Positions 9,450 through 18,992 of a stretch of DNA of 64,000 bases are shown one piece after another. The notes beneath the pieces are model-generated. The model was not told where the DNA came from. It made no database searches and was given only the letters and a program-made list of their open reading frames with translations. Where the stretch lies: assembly GCA_017991775.1 (NCBI GenBank), contig JAGOPV010000004.1, forward strand, positions 2,847 through 66,846, in the 5' to 3' direction. Position numbers and translations under genes: made by a program. Origin of the DNA: Candidatus Levyibacteriota bacterium. GTDB lineage: Bacteria > Patescibacteriota > Microgenomatia > Levybacterales > UBA12049. Positions within the stretch are counted from its first letter, which is position 1. The number at the start of each line of letters is the position of its first letter.

Positions 9450-10643
9450 ATGTTACTACAGACACTCAAAGGTTTTAGAGATTTTTTGCCGACTGAAGCT
9501 CGACGCAGACAATTCGTGATTAGCACTTTGAAAAAGGTGTTTGAGTCTTATGGTTTTGAACCACTTGAGACACCCTCGCTTGAATACGAGGCTATTTTAG
9601 CTGGAAAATATGGTGAAGAGGGCGATAAGCTCATGTACAAATTCACAGACAATGGCAAAAGAAAGGTAGCACTTCGCTATGACCAGACTGTCCCGCTTTC
9701 TCGCGTAGTTGCACAAAGACAGAATGACCTCCCTACGCCATTTAAAAGATATCAAATCCAAAATGTTTGGAGAGCTGAGAATACACAGAAAGGAAGATTT
9801 CGAGAATTCCTACAATGCGACATCGACATCGCTGGGAGTGCTTCGAGTTTTGCTGATGCTGAGATACTTGCAATCATCTCAGATAGCTATCAAGCTCTGG
9901 GGTTCAAGAATTTCAAAATCCTTGTAAATGATCGCTCAGTCTTCTCAGGTTTGCCTATGCAAGCCGTAATCAGTATTGATAAGTTAAAGAAAATTGGCAA
10001 AGAAGCAGTTGAGAAAGAGCTCAAAGATTTAGGTGTAGATGCAAAAGCTCTGGACCAACTCCTAGATTCATCCCCCACTCCTGCGCTTGCTAAAATTCTT
10101 GACGCTGCTGAAAAACTTGGAGTTCCCAAAAGCATCATCCAATTTGAGCCAACGCTTGCGCGAGGGCTTGACTACTATACTGGCATAATTATTGAGGTAG
10201 AAATCGAAGGGTACTTAGTTGGCTCAGTTGGCGGTGGTGGACGCTACGATAACCTCATTGGGATGTTTGCTAAGCGACAGATCCCATCAGTCGGATTTGC
10301 ATTTGGATTTGATAGGACGATGGAGGCAATGGAGGAAAAAAAGCTTTTCAGTAAAGATAATGCCACCGCCAAAGTCCTTGTGACGCTATTTTCGCCAGAA
10401 CTAGCAGATGAATCAATCGCCCTTGCCTATGAGCTTCGAGCACAAGGAATACCAACCGAACTCTTCCTTGATGAAAATACCAAGATGGATAGGCAACTAA
10501 AGTACGCAGATCAGAAAAACATACCATTTGTTGCAACAATCGGACCTGACGAGAAAAAAGACGACAAAATATCGCTTAAGGATATGGCGACAAAAGAACA
10601 AAAACAAGTTACACTAAAAGCACTACTGGAAATCCTCCAATAG
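9450..10643 (+). CDS. hisS: Histidyl-tRNA synthetase
   Basis: LKGFRDFLP class II motif, HisRS catalytic core and anticodon-binding domain; start taken at MLLQTLKG. Confidence 0.9.
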   Translation: MLLQTLKGFRDFLPTEARRRQFVISTLKKVFESYGFEPLETPSLEYEAILAGKYGEEGDKLMYKFTDNGKRKVALRYDQTVPLSRVVAQRQNDLPTPFKRYQIQNVWRAENTQKGRFREFLQCDIDIAGSASSFADAEILAIISDSYQALGFKNFKILVNDRSVFSGLPMQAVISIDKLKKIGKEAVEKELKDLGVDAKALDQLLDSSPTPALAKILDAAEKLGVPKSIIQFEPTLARGLDYYTGIIIEVEIEGYLVGSVGGGGRYDNLIGMFAKRQIPSVGFAFGFDRTMEAMEEKKLFSKDNATAKVLVTLFSPELADESIALAYELRAQGIPTELFLDENTKMDRQLKYADQKNIPFVATIGPDEKKDDKISLKDMATKEQKQVTLKALLEILQ

Positions 10644-10650
10644 TTCCAAC

Positions 10651-11574
10651 ATGATTAGACTGTCCAAATACCATCTCGCTATCATTGCGCTCATCGGCAC
10701 AAATATTATTTGGGGAGCAAGTGTCCCACTTTTCAAATGGTCTCTTCAGGAAATGCCTCCATTCACTTTTGCCTTTATCAGATTTCTCCTCTCAGCACTC
10801 ATTCTTCTCCCCTTCACAATGCATCGTCTCAAAATTACAAAAAAGGATGTGATATCGCTTTTTGTCCTAGGATTTGTAGGGTTCTTTGTACATATTGGAC
10901 TACTATTAGTTGGACTGAAGATATCTTCGAGCCTCAATGCTTCGATCATCGCGGCAGCCGCCCCAATTTTTCTCATCATCGGATCTGCACTTTTCTATAA
11001 GGAGAAAGTGAAATCAAAAGTCGTACTAGGGACAATTATTAGCCTTGCAGGAGTAATCGTCATTATCCTAAGACCCTTATTTGACGTAGGCCTAGATGGT
11101 GCTATAAGTGGCAACTTGATGTTCCTCGTTGGAACGCTTGCATTTGTGGCCTATACCTTTCTTCTCAAGAACTACACCACACATCTAAGAACAACAACTG
11201 TGACTTTTTATATGTTCGCATTTTCAACACTCATGTTCCTCCCGTTCTTTCTCATGGAATCATCCAACCACAATATCCTCACCTTTATAACAGTCCAATC
11301 CATGATTGGTATACTCTTCGGTGCAATTTTTACCTCAATTGTAGGATATTTGTTCTATAATTTTGCAATTCGATATGTAAAGGCAAGTGAAGTTGGCATT
11401 TTTCTTTATATGGATCCGATTGTCACGATCTTAGTCGCTGTACCACTGCTTGGCGAGAAATTGACCTCTATCTTCCTACTTGGAGCTCTCCTTGTTTTTG
11501 TAGGAATTTTTATTGCAGAGAGACGCGTGCCGTATCATCCTGTCCACAGATTGAGGAAGAAATACCAATACTAG
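10651..11574 (+). CDS. EamA/DMT-family transporter
   Basis: 10 TM helices, duplicated EamA architecture. Confidence 0.75.
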   Translation: MIRLSKYHLAIIALIGTNIIWGASVPLFKWSLQEMPPFTFAFIRFLLSALILLPFTMHRLKITKKDVISLFVLGFVGFFVHIGLLLVGLKISSSLNASIIAAAAPIFLIIGSALFYKEKVKSKVVLGTIISLAGVIVIILRPLFDVGLDGAISGNLMFLVGTLAFVAYTFLLKNYTTHLRTTTVTFYMFAFSTLMFLPFFLMESSNHNILTFITVQSMIGILFGAIFTSIVGYLFYNFAIRYVKASEVGIFLYMDPIVTILVAVPLLGEKLTSIFLLGALLVFVGIFIAERRVPYHPVHRLRKKYQY

Positions 11575-11593
11575 ACCCTCACCCACCACTGGG

Positions 11594-11622
11594 TTGAATT
11601 TATCCCTAAATTAGACTATAAT
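11594..11622 (+). promoter_or_regulatory. Sigma70-like promoter TTGAAT-17-TATAAT, -10 only 6 nt from rpmE ATG (near-leaderless)
   Basis: TTGAAT 11594-11599, 17-nt spacer, TATAAT 11617-11622, ATG at 11629; no SD. Confidence 0.55.
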
Positions 11623-11628
11623 AGCTCT

Positions 11629-11928
11629 ATGCAACAGGCAATTCACCCACAATATTTCGATAGCGCAAACGTTATTTGTGTTTGTGGTAACAAGTTTACC
11701 ATCGGATCCACAAAAGAGACTATACACATCGAGCTCTGCAACAAGTGTCATCCGTTCTACACAGGTGAACAAAGATTCGTAGACACAGCTTCTCGTATCC
11801 AAAAATTCGAGAAAAAACAGGAGAAGGCAAAGGAGTACAAAGCTACTCACGTTCAAAAGCAAGAAGAAAAGAAAAAGTCCTCAGAGGCACCAAAGTCTCT
11901 TCGAGATATGCTCATGGCTCTCAAATAG
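11629..11928 (+). CDS. rpmE: 50S ribosomal protein L31
   Basis: MQQAIHPQYF...CVCGNKF...CNKCHPFYTG zinc-ribbon L31 signature. Confidence 0.9.
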   Translation: MQQAIHPQYFDSANVICVCGNKFTIGSTKETIHIELCNKCHPFYTGEQRFVDTASRIQKFEKKQEKAKEYKATHVQKQEEKKKSSEAPKSLRDMLMALK

Positions 11929-12021
11929 CACTTCTTCCCCAATTTCAAATACTACCAATACTAAATGGCAAGGCCATTTGATATTTGACATTTTATATTT
12001 GCCATTGGATATTAAATACAT

Positions 12022-12924
12022 ATGAACGATTATCGCTATACACAGATTGAGGAGCTTGATAAAAAAATCCAAGAAACCCAAGTTCTCCTCCAAGACCCTG
12101 ACATGCAAGAACTTGCTCAAGAAGAGTTAGATACTCTTTTGGCGCAGAAAAAAGTTATCGAGGACAGCTTAGCACAAAGCAATGCTTCATCACTTCAAGA
12201 TGACGTTGATGATCGCAATGTTATTATCGAGGTCAAAGGTGCAGCTGGTGGAGACGAAGCGAATATCTTTGCAGAAGAATTAAAGCGTATGTATATCCGC
12301 TTCGCAGAAACGCATAATCTCAAAGCTGAGATGATCGAAGAGAACGTCTTAAAGCTCTCTGGAAAAGGCGCCTACAATACTCTCAAATATGAATCCGGTG
12401 TACACCGTGTTCAACGTACTCCAAAGACTGAAAAGAAAGGGCGCATCCACACGTCAACTGTCACAGTTTCTGTTCTGCCAGAGCTCGAGGATATCGACCT
12501 CCATATCAGCCCAGATGACATTAGTTTTGAAGCATTTCGAAGTGGTGGGCATGGTGGACAAAACGTTAACAAGGTCTCAACAGCAGTTCGACTCATTCAT
12601 ATTCCAACAGGCCTTGCTGTAGTCTCCTCAGCTGAAAGATCACAGATCCAAAATAGAGAAATCGCCATGACACTACTTCGTGCAAGACTATGGGAAAATG
12701 AAGTTGAAAAACAACAAGCTGAGTACTCGTCATTAAAAGCCAATCAGGTTGGACATGGTATGAGAAATGAAAAAATTAAGACATATAACTTTCCTCAAGA
12801 CAGATTAACTGACCATAGAATTGGCAAATCATGGGGCAATCTGCCAGCAATCATGGATGGTGCAATTCCTGATGAACACCCAACAGATGATTCAGTTGCA
12901 CAAGATGTTGAGGACGAGAACTAA
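12022..12924 (+). CDS. prfA: Peptide chain release factor 1 (short N-terminus)
   Basis: GGQ motif (SGGHGGQNVNK) and RF1-type PxT tripeptide region RVQRTPKTEKKGRIHTS (RF2 would have SPF). Confidence 0.85.
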   Translation: MNDYRYTQIEELDKKIQETQVLLQDPDMQELAQEELDTLLAQKKVIEDSLAQSNASSLQDDVDDRNVIIEVKGAAGGDEANIFAEELKRMYIRFAETHNLKAEMIEENVLKLSGKGAYNTLKYESGVHRVQRTPKTEKKGRIHTSTVTVSVLPELEDIDLHISPDDISFEAFRSGGHGGQNVNKVSTAVRLIHIPTGLAVVSSAERSQIQNREIAMTLLRARLWENEVEKQQAEYSSLKANQVGHGMRNEKIKTYNFPQDRLTDHRIGKSWGNLPAIMDGAIPDEHPTDDSVAQDVEDEN

Positions 12925-12993
12925 TGTCAGATATCCAACTCAAATAGATCTCACCCATTTGAAATTTGTCATTTGATATTAGCCATTTGATAT

Positions 12994-14685
12994 TTATGTT
13001 AGATACTGGAGGTCTTTTTCTTTATACTTCTCAATCATCTCAAGATCGTCATCATTAACCAAGATCTTGGCAAGATGATGTCCACCAGCCAAGTGTGGCA
13101 AGACTACATAATCTGCTCCCTTTTTATAGAGTAACTTTGCATCCATTGGCTCATATGCCATAACGACAATCTTCGCTCTCTTATTGAAATGCTTTAGACC
13201 TTCAATAAGGAGAAGATTGTCTTCAAGATCTGGGACCGTTGAGATAACCATTTTCGCCTTCTCAAACCCCACTCTTTCTTGAATATCAGGATCGGCGATA
13301 TCACCAAAGACAGCCACGACCCCATCCTTTTTAAGTTTAGTGATGACATCGGGATCAAAGTCTACCACGAGTACCTGCTCCTTACTCTGTTTAAGTGCAT
13401 GAAGCACACTTTTACCCATTTGATGCCCACCAATCAAAATAACATGCTTATCAAATCCGCTAAGATCATCTTCTGACTCTTCCTGGCGATGAGCAGTCTT
13501 TCGCAACTCAAGAAATGAAAGCCTTCCTCCAATAACTTTATAAATTTTATTTGTATGCGAGATAAGATACGTTGAGATAGTAAAAGTGATCATGCTCACA
13601 ATAATCATAATTGTGACAACTTCACTTGGAATAATCCCTTTGCTCTGACCAAGAAATAATATGATCAAACTAAACTCAGATATCTGTGCCATTGTGACTC
13701 CTGCAAAAAAGGAAGTTCGTTTTCTAAATCCAGACAAGCCGGCAATGATCATTACAATCAGTGGTTTGACAACAATCGCAAATGCAGAGAGAATAAGCGC
13801 TGGGAAGAGCGCACTCAGGAGATTGGTAAATGCCATCTCAATCCCCAACATCACAAAAAATATCGTCATGAAAAAGTCTCTAAGTGCTTTCATGCGAGCG
13901 ATGATTTGGTAATTTTCATGCGTATTCGCGAGCGCAAGTCCAGCTAAGAATCCACCAATCTCAATAGAAAAACCAATTGGCTTTAGTGTGACAATTGCTG
14001 TGACTGCAAAAACCCAAGCAAGACTAAAAAGAAAGAGTATCTCACCAGAGTCTGAGAAATTATGAAGTATTTTCGGAAAGACGTATTTACTACAAACTAA
14101 GATCCACCCAACCAAGACGAGTAATTTTAGAAGAACGAAGCCAACTGCAATTCCAATCTCAAATGCACCCCCGCCATGAAGTCCAGTCATAAAAATGATC
14201 GCAAGAATCGCAAAAAAGTCTTGCATCAAAAGTACACCAATCGCTAATTTACCATGAAGACTATTAAGATCTTTCTTATCAGAGAGCAGCTTCACAATAA
14301 TGATCGTACTTGAGAATGAAAGCGCTAAGGCCACATAGAGCGAGATCTGGGCGCTAAATCCAAGTAAGGTCGCCACGCCAAACCCGAGACCTAGTGTAGT
14401 CACCATCTGCAAGCTGCCAATAACTAGAGCGGTCTTCCCGATTGATTTGAGTTCGTGTAGCTTTAACTCTAGACCTAACAAAAAGAGTAAGAGCGTGATA
14501 CCCAGCTGCCCCAATGTCTGAAGTGACTCAGGATTCTTGAGATGGATAATGCCTAATGGACCAAGAATAATGCCTGTAAGAATATATGCAATTATAGATG
14601 GCTGACGGAGATAACGAAGTAAAATTGAGAGGAATGCTGCAACGATAATAACAATCGAAAGCTCAAAGAAAACACTGTCCATCAA
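12994..14685 (-). CDS. Cation:proton antiporter (CPA2/KefB-like) with C-terminal RCK/TrkA-N domain
   Basis: About 12 TM helices followed by Rossmann-like LIGGHQMGKSV TrkA-N domain. Confidence 0.8.
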   Translation of the reverse strand: MMDSVFFELSIVIIVAAFLSILLRYLRQPSIIAYILTGIILGPLGIIHLKNPESLQTLGQLGITLLLFLLGLELKLHELKSIGKTALVIGSLQMVTTLGLGFGVATLLGFSAQISLYVALALSFSSTIIIVKLLSDKKDLNSLHGKLAIGVLLMQDFFAILAIIFMTGLHGGGAFEIGIAVGFVLLKLLVLVGWILVCSKYVFPKILHNFSDSGEILFLFSLAWVFAVTAIVTLKPIGFSIEIGGFLAGLALANTHENYQIIARMKALRDFFMTIFFVMLGIEMAFTNLLSALFPALILSAFAIVVKPLIVMIIAGLSGFRKRTSFFAGVTMAQISEFSLIILFLGQSKGIIPSEVVTIMIIVSMITFTISTYLISHTNKIYKVIGGRLSFLELRKTAHRQEESEDDLSGFDKHVILIGGHQMGKSVLHALKQSKEQVLVVDFDPDVITKLKKDGVVAVFGDIADPDIQERVGFEKAKMVISTVPDLEDNLLLIEGLKHFNKRAKIVVMAYEPMDAKLLYKKGADYVVLPHLAGGHHLAKILVNDDDLEMIEKYKEKDLQYLT

Positions 14686-14785
14686 TTAAGTATAGAGCAA
14701 ATAGCGTATAGCGTACAGCTAATAGTTTTGCCATTTACCATAAGCTATTTGCCATTTGCAGATACGTTTGCTAGGATAATCCCTC

Positions 14786-16189
14786 ATGCTTCCCTCTAAA
14801 CTTGCCTTTGTCGATCTTGAGACCACAGGCATGAGGTCTCACTCAGATCGAATCATCGAAATAGGAATCATCCTTGTTGATGACGATAAAGTGAGTTCTA
14901 CCTACTCTTCACTTATTAACCCGGGTGCATATATTCCACCGTCAATTCAAGCGATTACTGGTATCACCCAAAGCGAACTTGAGACTGCTCCTTCTTTTCG
15001 TGAAATTCACGAAATCGTCGAAGAACTCTTAATAGATAGAGTATTTGTTGCACATAATGCACGTTTTGATTACGGATTTTTGAAAAGTGAGTTCAAAAGA
15101 CTCGAGAAGTCATTCTCGCCAAAGCAATTCTGCACAGTCAGATTCTCAAGGACACTCTTCCCGTCTCTCCCAAGACATAACTTAGACACCATCATAAATC
15201 ACTTCGATATTAAGGTTGAAAATAGACATAGAGCCCTTGATGATGCTCAAGCAACCTATGAATTCTTTAAAATTGCAAAAGAAAGAACCGACCCGCAGAT
15301 TTTTAAGACTGCCATCGAGAAAACACTCAAGAAGCCTTATCTTCCTAAGAATCTTGATCCACTCGTACTAGACGCACTTCCCTCGTCTCCTGGCGTCTAT
15401 GTTTTTTATGGAGACGACAACTTTCCCCTCTATATTGGCAAAAGTATCAATTTAAAAGATCGAGTCCTCTCACACTTCTCTGACATCCTCTCGCCTACTG
15501 AAATGAATATTAGTCAACAAATCACACGTATTGAAACGATAAAAACGGCAGGTGAGCTTGGTGCACTTTTTCTTGAATCAAGGATGATCAAAGAGCAACT
15601 TCCTCTCTATAATAAAATGCTTCGTCAAACCCAAGAACTTCTCATTCTCAAAAAGAATATCAATAAAGATGGCTACCTTACGACCTCACTCGAGCAGCTT
15701 CCCAGTACACAACTTCCTGATATGGAGAATAATCTCGGCATATTCCGCACGCGAAAACAGGCAAAAGAATCCCAAAGCGCGCTTTCGCTCAAGTACTCAC
15801 TCTGCGAGAAGCTCCTAGGATTGGAAAAAACAAATGGTGCCTGTTTTGGACATAGATTAGATAGATGCAAAGGGGCATGTATTGGAAAAGAAAATAGTCT
15901 TAGCTATAACATGAGATTCGTCGAGGCATTTAGCACACAACGCATAAAGAACTGGCCATTTGAGGGGAAGATCATAATCACTGAAAAAGATGAGCTTGAG
16001 GGTAAGACTGATTACTTCCTCATCGACAACTGGTGTCTATTGGGAAAGGTCCAGACTGACACAAATGATAGCTTTCTGGAAGATGAATATGACTATTCAT
16101 TTGATCTGGATACCTATAAAATAATCTGTCGATATATTCTTTCGACAAAAAATATTCACAGGATCAAAGCTCTACTCAACGATAACTGA
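14786..16189 (+). CDS. DEDDh 3'-5' exonuclease (DnaQ-like) fused to GIY-YIG nuclease domain (Cho/UvrC-N-like)
   Basis: N-terminal FVDLETTG...HNARFD...HRALDDA exonuclease motifs; GIY-YIG-like VYVFYG...LYIGKS...R in middle. Confidence 0.75.
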   Translation: MLPSKLAFVDLETTGMRSHSDRIIEIGIILVDDDKVSSTYSSLINPGAYIPPSIQAITGITQSELETAPSFREIHEIVEELLIDRVFVAHNARFDYGFLKSEFKRLEKSFSPKQFCTVRFSRTLFPSLPRHNLDTIINHFDIKVENRHRALDDAQATYEFFKIAKERTDPQIFKTAIEKTLKKPYLPKNLDPLVLDALPSSPGVYVFYGDDNFPLYIGKSINLKDRVLSHFSDILSPTEMNISQQITRIETIKTAGELGALFLESRMIKEQLPLYNKMLRQTQELLILKKNINKDGYLTTSLEQLPSTQLPDMENNLGIFRTRKQAKESQSALSLKYSLCEKLLGLEKTNGACFGHRLDRCKGACIGKENSLSYNMRFVEAFSTQRIKNWPFEGKIIITEKDELEGKTDYFLIDNWCLLGKVQTDTNDSFLEDEYDYSFDLDTYKIICRYILSTKNIHRIKALLNDN

Positions 16190-16612
16190 TCCAGTCATCT
16201 CCCCAACGGTATACGTGTACGTTCCTGCTGTTGTGAACATGTACGTCGACTTTTCTCCGTTTTCAAGATTAACGCTATCAAATGTTCCATTGTATGAAGT
16301 GACTTTATGATCAGCGGTACCAGCATTGATCCATGTGACCTGTGTACCAACAGGAACTGTAAGACTATCTGGAGTTACCATATCATCTGATATTGTAACG
16401 GTATTCTCGTCAGCAACTTCCTTGGTCATCGTTGCCGCTTCCTGCTTCATCATTGCGTATCTTCGTGCAACAGATGATCTTCCTAAGATCATAAGGATAA
16501 GAAGGATAACGATAAAACCACCACCAACAATAATCAAAAGTGAGTGCTCACCTGCAAGAGATGAATGTCCTTTAGATGCTGCTACTTTTGTCTTTTTTAC
16601 TTTCTTCGCCAT
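16172..16612 (-). CDS. Membrane-anchored cupredoxin-like domain protein (no Cu ligands evident)
   Basis: TM anchor then beta-rich VPVGTQVTWINAGTADHKV...GTYTYTVG domain; start set at second Met (16612) 9 nt after AGGTGG RBS. Confidence 0.5.
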   Translation of the reverse strand: MAKKVKKTKVAASKGHSSLAGEHSLLIIVGGGFIVILLILMILGRSSVARRYAMMKQEAATMTKEVADENTVTISDDMVTPDSLTVPVGTQVTWINAGTADHKVTSYNGTFDSVNLENGEKSTYMFTTAGTYTYTVGEMTGSVIVE

Positions 16613-16819
16613 AATAATCACCACCTTTAGAAGTTCTTGACGAATGCCTGTAAGGCAGAGTCTCTAGAACTTCTTAACCCCTCGAAGCGAATATTCGACT
16701 GCATGGCTGTAAGCCTTGAGGCGAACATGAGCGAAGTGGGGCTTCACATAATTATCATACATCAGCGGCTGAATAGCTTGTCAATGAGATGATTAGATAG
16801 GAGAGTTAGAAGTGGCGGC

Positions 16820-17665
16820 TTAGGCCTTTGGATACGAGATCTTAGCGTTCTTCTGAAGATTTTGGATAAGAGTCTGTACCTGAGTATTGAATTTTTCTTG
16901 TCTCAAAGCCTCTTTAGCCTGCGCCTTGATATCTGCATCTTTTGTTCCTGCAGGGATAGACTCTTTATTCTTTTCAACATAATCTGTAATTTCCTTGTCG
17001 GACACCTTGATCTCGCCTACGAGCTTCTCCAATAGCTTCTGGAGCTGAATACGTTCCTTATAGTTAGCAAGTGTGTCGCCCTGCATAGCAAGAGCTGACT
17101 CAAGGTTTTGACCCTGACCTTCAAGACTCTTACGTGTCTTTGCAACTTCATCATTAATCTCTTTCTCTGTAACTGAAACATTCTTCTTCTCTGCCTCCTG
17201 ATGTAGGAGAGTCTTTGTTACAAGCTGATTCATTGCTTGCTTTCCAGCAGTTGTTCGAGCTTCTGAAACATAAATCCCCTCAACCTCTTTCATGTAAGTA
17301 AGTCGATCAATTGGTTTGCCATTAACAGTTGCAACTACAAAAAACCCTCTAAAATAAATCAAAAGACCGACGATAAGTAAGACGATAATTGCAAGAATTG
17401 CATGCATCGGACGGATATTTAATCTCTTCATCGTAGCTGTAGCAGATGATCTGTATGATGAGAGCGTACTTTTGGAAGTAGTGGATGATGTCTGAGTTTT
17501 TGCTGGAGACGCTGCTACTTTCGTAGGCGTTGGAGATGATTTAACTGGAGTAGCTTTTGAACTAACTTTTACAACTGATTTGGATGCTTTTTTTGCTGGT
17601 GATGCTTTCAAAGTTGGACTTGTAGTCTTTTTAGCAGTTGATGGTTTAGTTTTTTGTGTCGCCAT
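16820..17665 (-). CDS. Lys/Ala-rich N-terminus, TM anchor, SurA-N/PpiD-like chaperone domain protein
   Basis: Histone-like KKxAK repeats, single TM, helical SurA_N-like domain. Confidence 0.5.
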   Translation of the reverse strand: MATQKTKPSTAKKTTSPTLKASPAKKASKSVVKVSSKATPVKSSPTPTKVAASPAKTQTSSTTSKSTLSSYRSSATATMKRLNIRPMHAILAIIVLLIVGLLIYFRGFFVVATVNGKPIDRLTYMKEVEGIYVSEARTTAGKQAMNQLVTKTLLHQEAEKKNVSVTEKEINDEVAKTRKSLEGQGQNLESALAMQGDTLANYKERIQLQKLLEKLVGEIKVSDKEITDYVEKNKESIPAGTKDADIKAQAKEALRQEKFNTQVQTLIQNLQKNAKISYPKA

Positions 17666-17708
17666 AAAGTTATTATACTTATTAAAAAATAAATTGCAAT
17701 AGTATTTT

Positions 17709-18986
17709 TTACTTTTTCAAAATCTCTTCAATTGCTTTTTCAAGTTGTGTGTCACGGGACGGATCTTTCTCATCAAGTGATACAGTCACATCTGGCTTAA
17801 TGCCTTCTCCATTTTTGCCATTCCCGACCCAGATCTTATTTGGCGTGAGCCATCGTGCTATTGTCACGTGAAGTCCAGCTCCACTACCAAGATCTTCAGC
17901 ACTCTGCATGGTGCCTTTTCCAAATGACTGCTCTCCTACGATGACTGCCCTATCATAGTCTCGCATCGCACCAGTCACAATTTCAGAAGCAGAGGCTGAG
18001 CCTTTGTTAATGAGGATTATCAGAGGGGTATCAAGCAGGAGACCATTGCGAGTTACATTAAGACGCTCTTCTCGTCCACTACCAAAATCCTGAATTACAA
18101 CAGTTTGGCCCATCTTCAAAAACTCTGATGCGATAAAGACTGCATCTGTGACATAACCACCCGGATTGTTTCGAAGATCGAGGATAACACCTTTGATACT
18201 CTTGTCAGTCTGCATCTTAAGAGCTAATTCATTTGAGAACGTCAACCATTCTTGATTGGTATTGTCTCCAAACTGTGAAAGTCTGATATAGCTGATTTTT
18301 GAGTCACCGCTCTTTTTGAGTGTGTCATTTAATTTGATCTCCTCAACCTCCTTAATAGGTTTAAGCCAGCTTGTAACACTCTTAACAGTGATCACGTCTC
18401 GAGTGATGTTAAGCACCTTTGGTGACGAATCTTTTGCGCGAAGAATGGTGAGAGCGACCTTGGTCTCTTTAGGACCCCTGATCTTCTCGACTGCTTGAGA
18501 GAGTGTTAGTCCTGCTGTGGAGAGACTGTCTACTTTCAAAATTGCATCTCCTGCACGAATACCAGCTTTTTGTGCCGGACTTCCATCAATTGGTGCAATC
18601 ACAATTATTTGCTTCTCTTTCATCCCTAACTCTGCGCCAATACCAGTAAACTGACCGGCCATTGCTTGCTTAAAATCACTATTTCGTACAGGTGGGAGAT
18701 ATGTGGTAAATGGATCATCCAGACTACTTACCATGCCGGAAATGGCACCATCTAAAAGCTTTTGCTGATCAATAGCAGACTTGTCATAATAATCAGCTTG
18801 GACTTTCTCAAAAACTGTCCAGAACTTTGAGAAGTCGAGGGTAGACACAGAAGTTGGGGGCTCTTTGCTCGAGATCTGAATACTAGGATGAAATGCATTC
18901 CAATCAAGCGCCACTTTATTAACACCCAAATAGTATCCAAGAATTCCAGCAATGATAATAACGGCTATAAAACGAATTGTACGCAT
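17709..18986 (-). CDS. ctpA: Carboxyl-terminal processing protease (S41, CtpA-like) with PDZ domain
   Basis: PDZ (GSPAQKAGIRAGDAI) and S41 catalytic GSASASE, K dyad. Confidence 0.85.
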   Translation of the reverse strand: MRTIRFIAVIIIAGILGYYLGVNKVALDWNAFHPSIQISSKEPPTSVSTLDFSKFWTVFEKVQADYYDKSAIDQQKLLDGAISGMVSSLDDPFTTYLPPVRNSDFKQAMAGQFTGIGAELGMKEKQIIVIAPIDGSPAQKAGIRAGDAILKVDSLSTAGLTLSQAVEKIRGPKETKVALTILRAKDSSPKVLNITRDVITVKSVTSWLKPIKEVEEIKLNDTLKKSGDSKISYIRLSQFGDNTNQEWLTFSNELALKMQTDKSIKGVILDLRNNPGGYVTDAVFIASEFLKMGQTVVIQDFGSGREERLNVTRNGLLLDTPLIILINKGSASASEIVTGAMRDYDRAVIVGEQSFGKGTMQSAEDLGSGAGLHVTIARWLTPNKIWVGNGKNGEGIKPDVTVSLDEKDPSRDTQLEKAIEEILKK

Positions 18987-18992
18987 ATGAAT

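Noticed and set aside
12022-12924. RF1 with PKT instead of canonical PAT tripeptide and apparent lack of RF2 as a sign of stop-codon reassignment
   Set aside because: PxT tolerates variation at x. TGA is used as a genuine stop in this window (e.g. the 48673..49140 gene ends in TGA) and ORFs are intact under the standard code.
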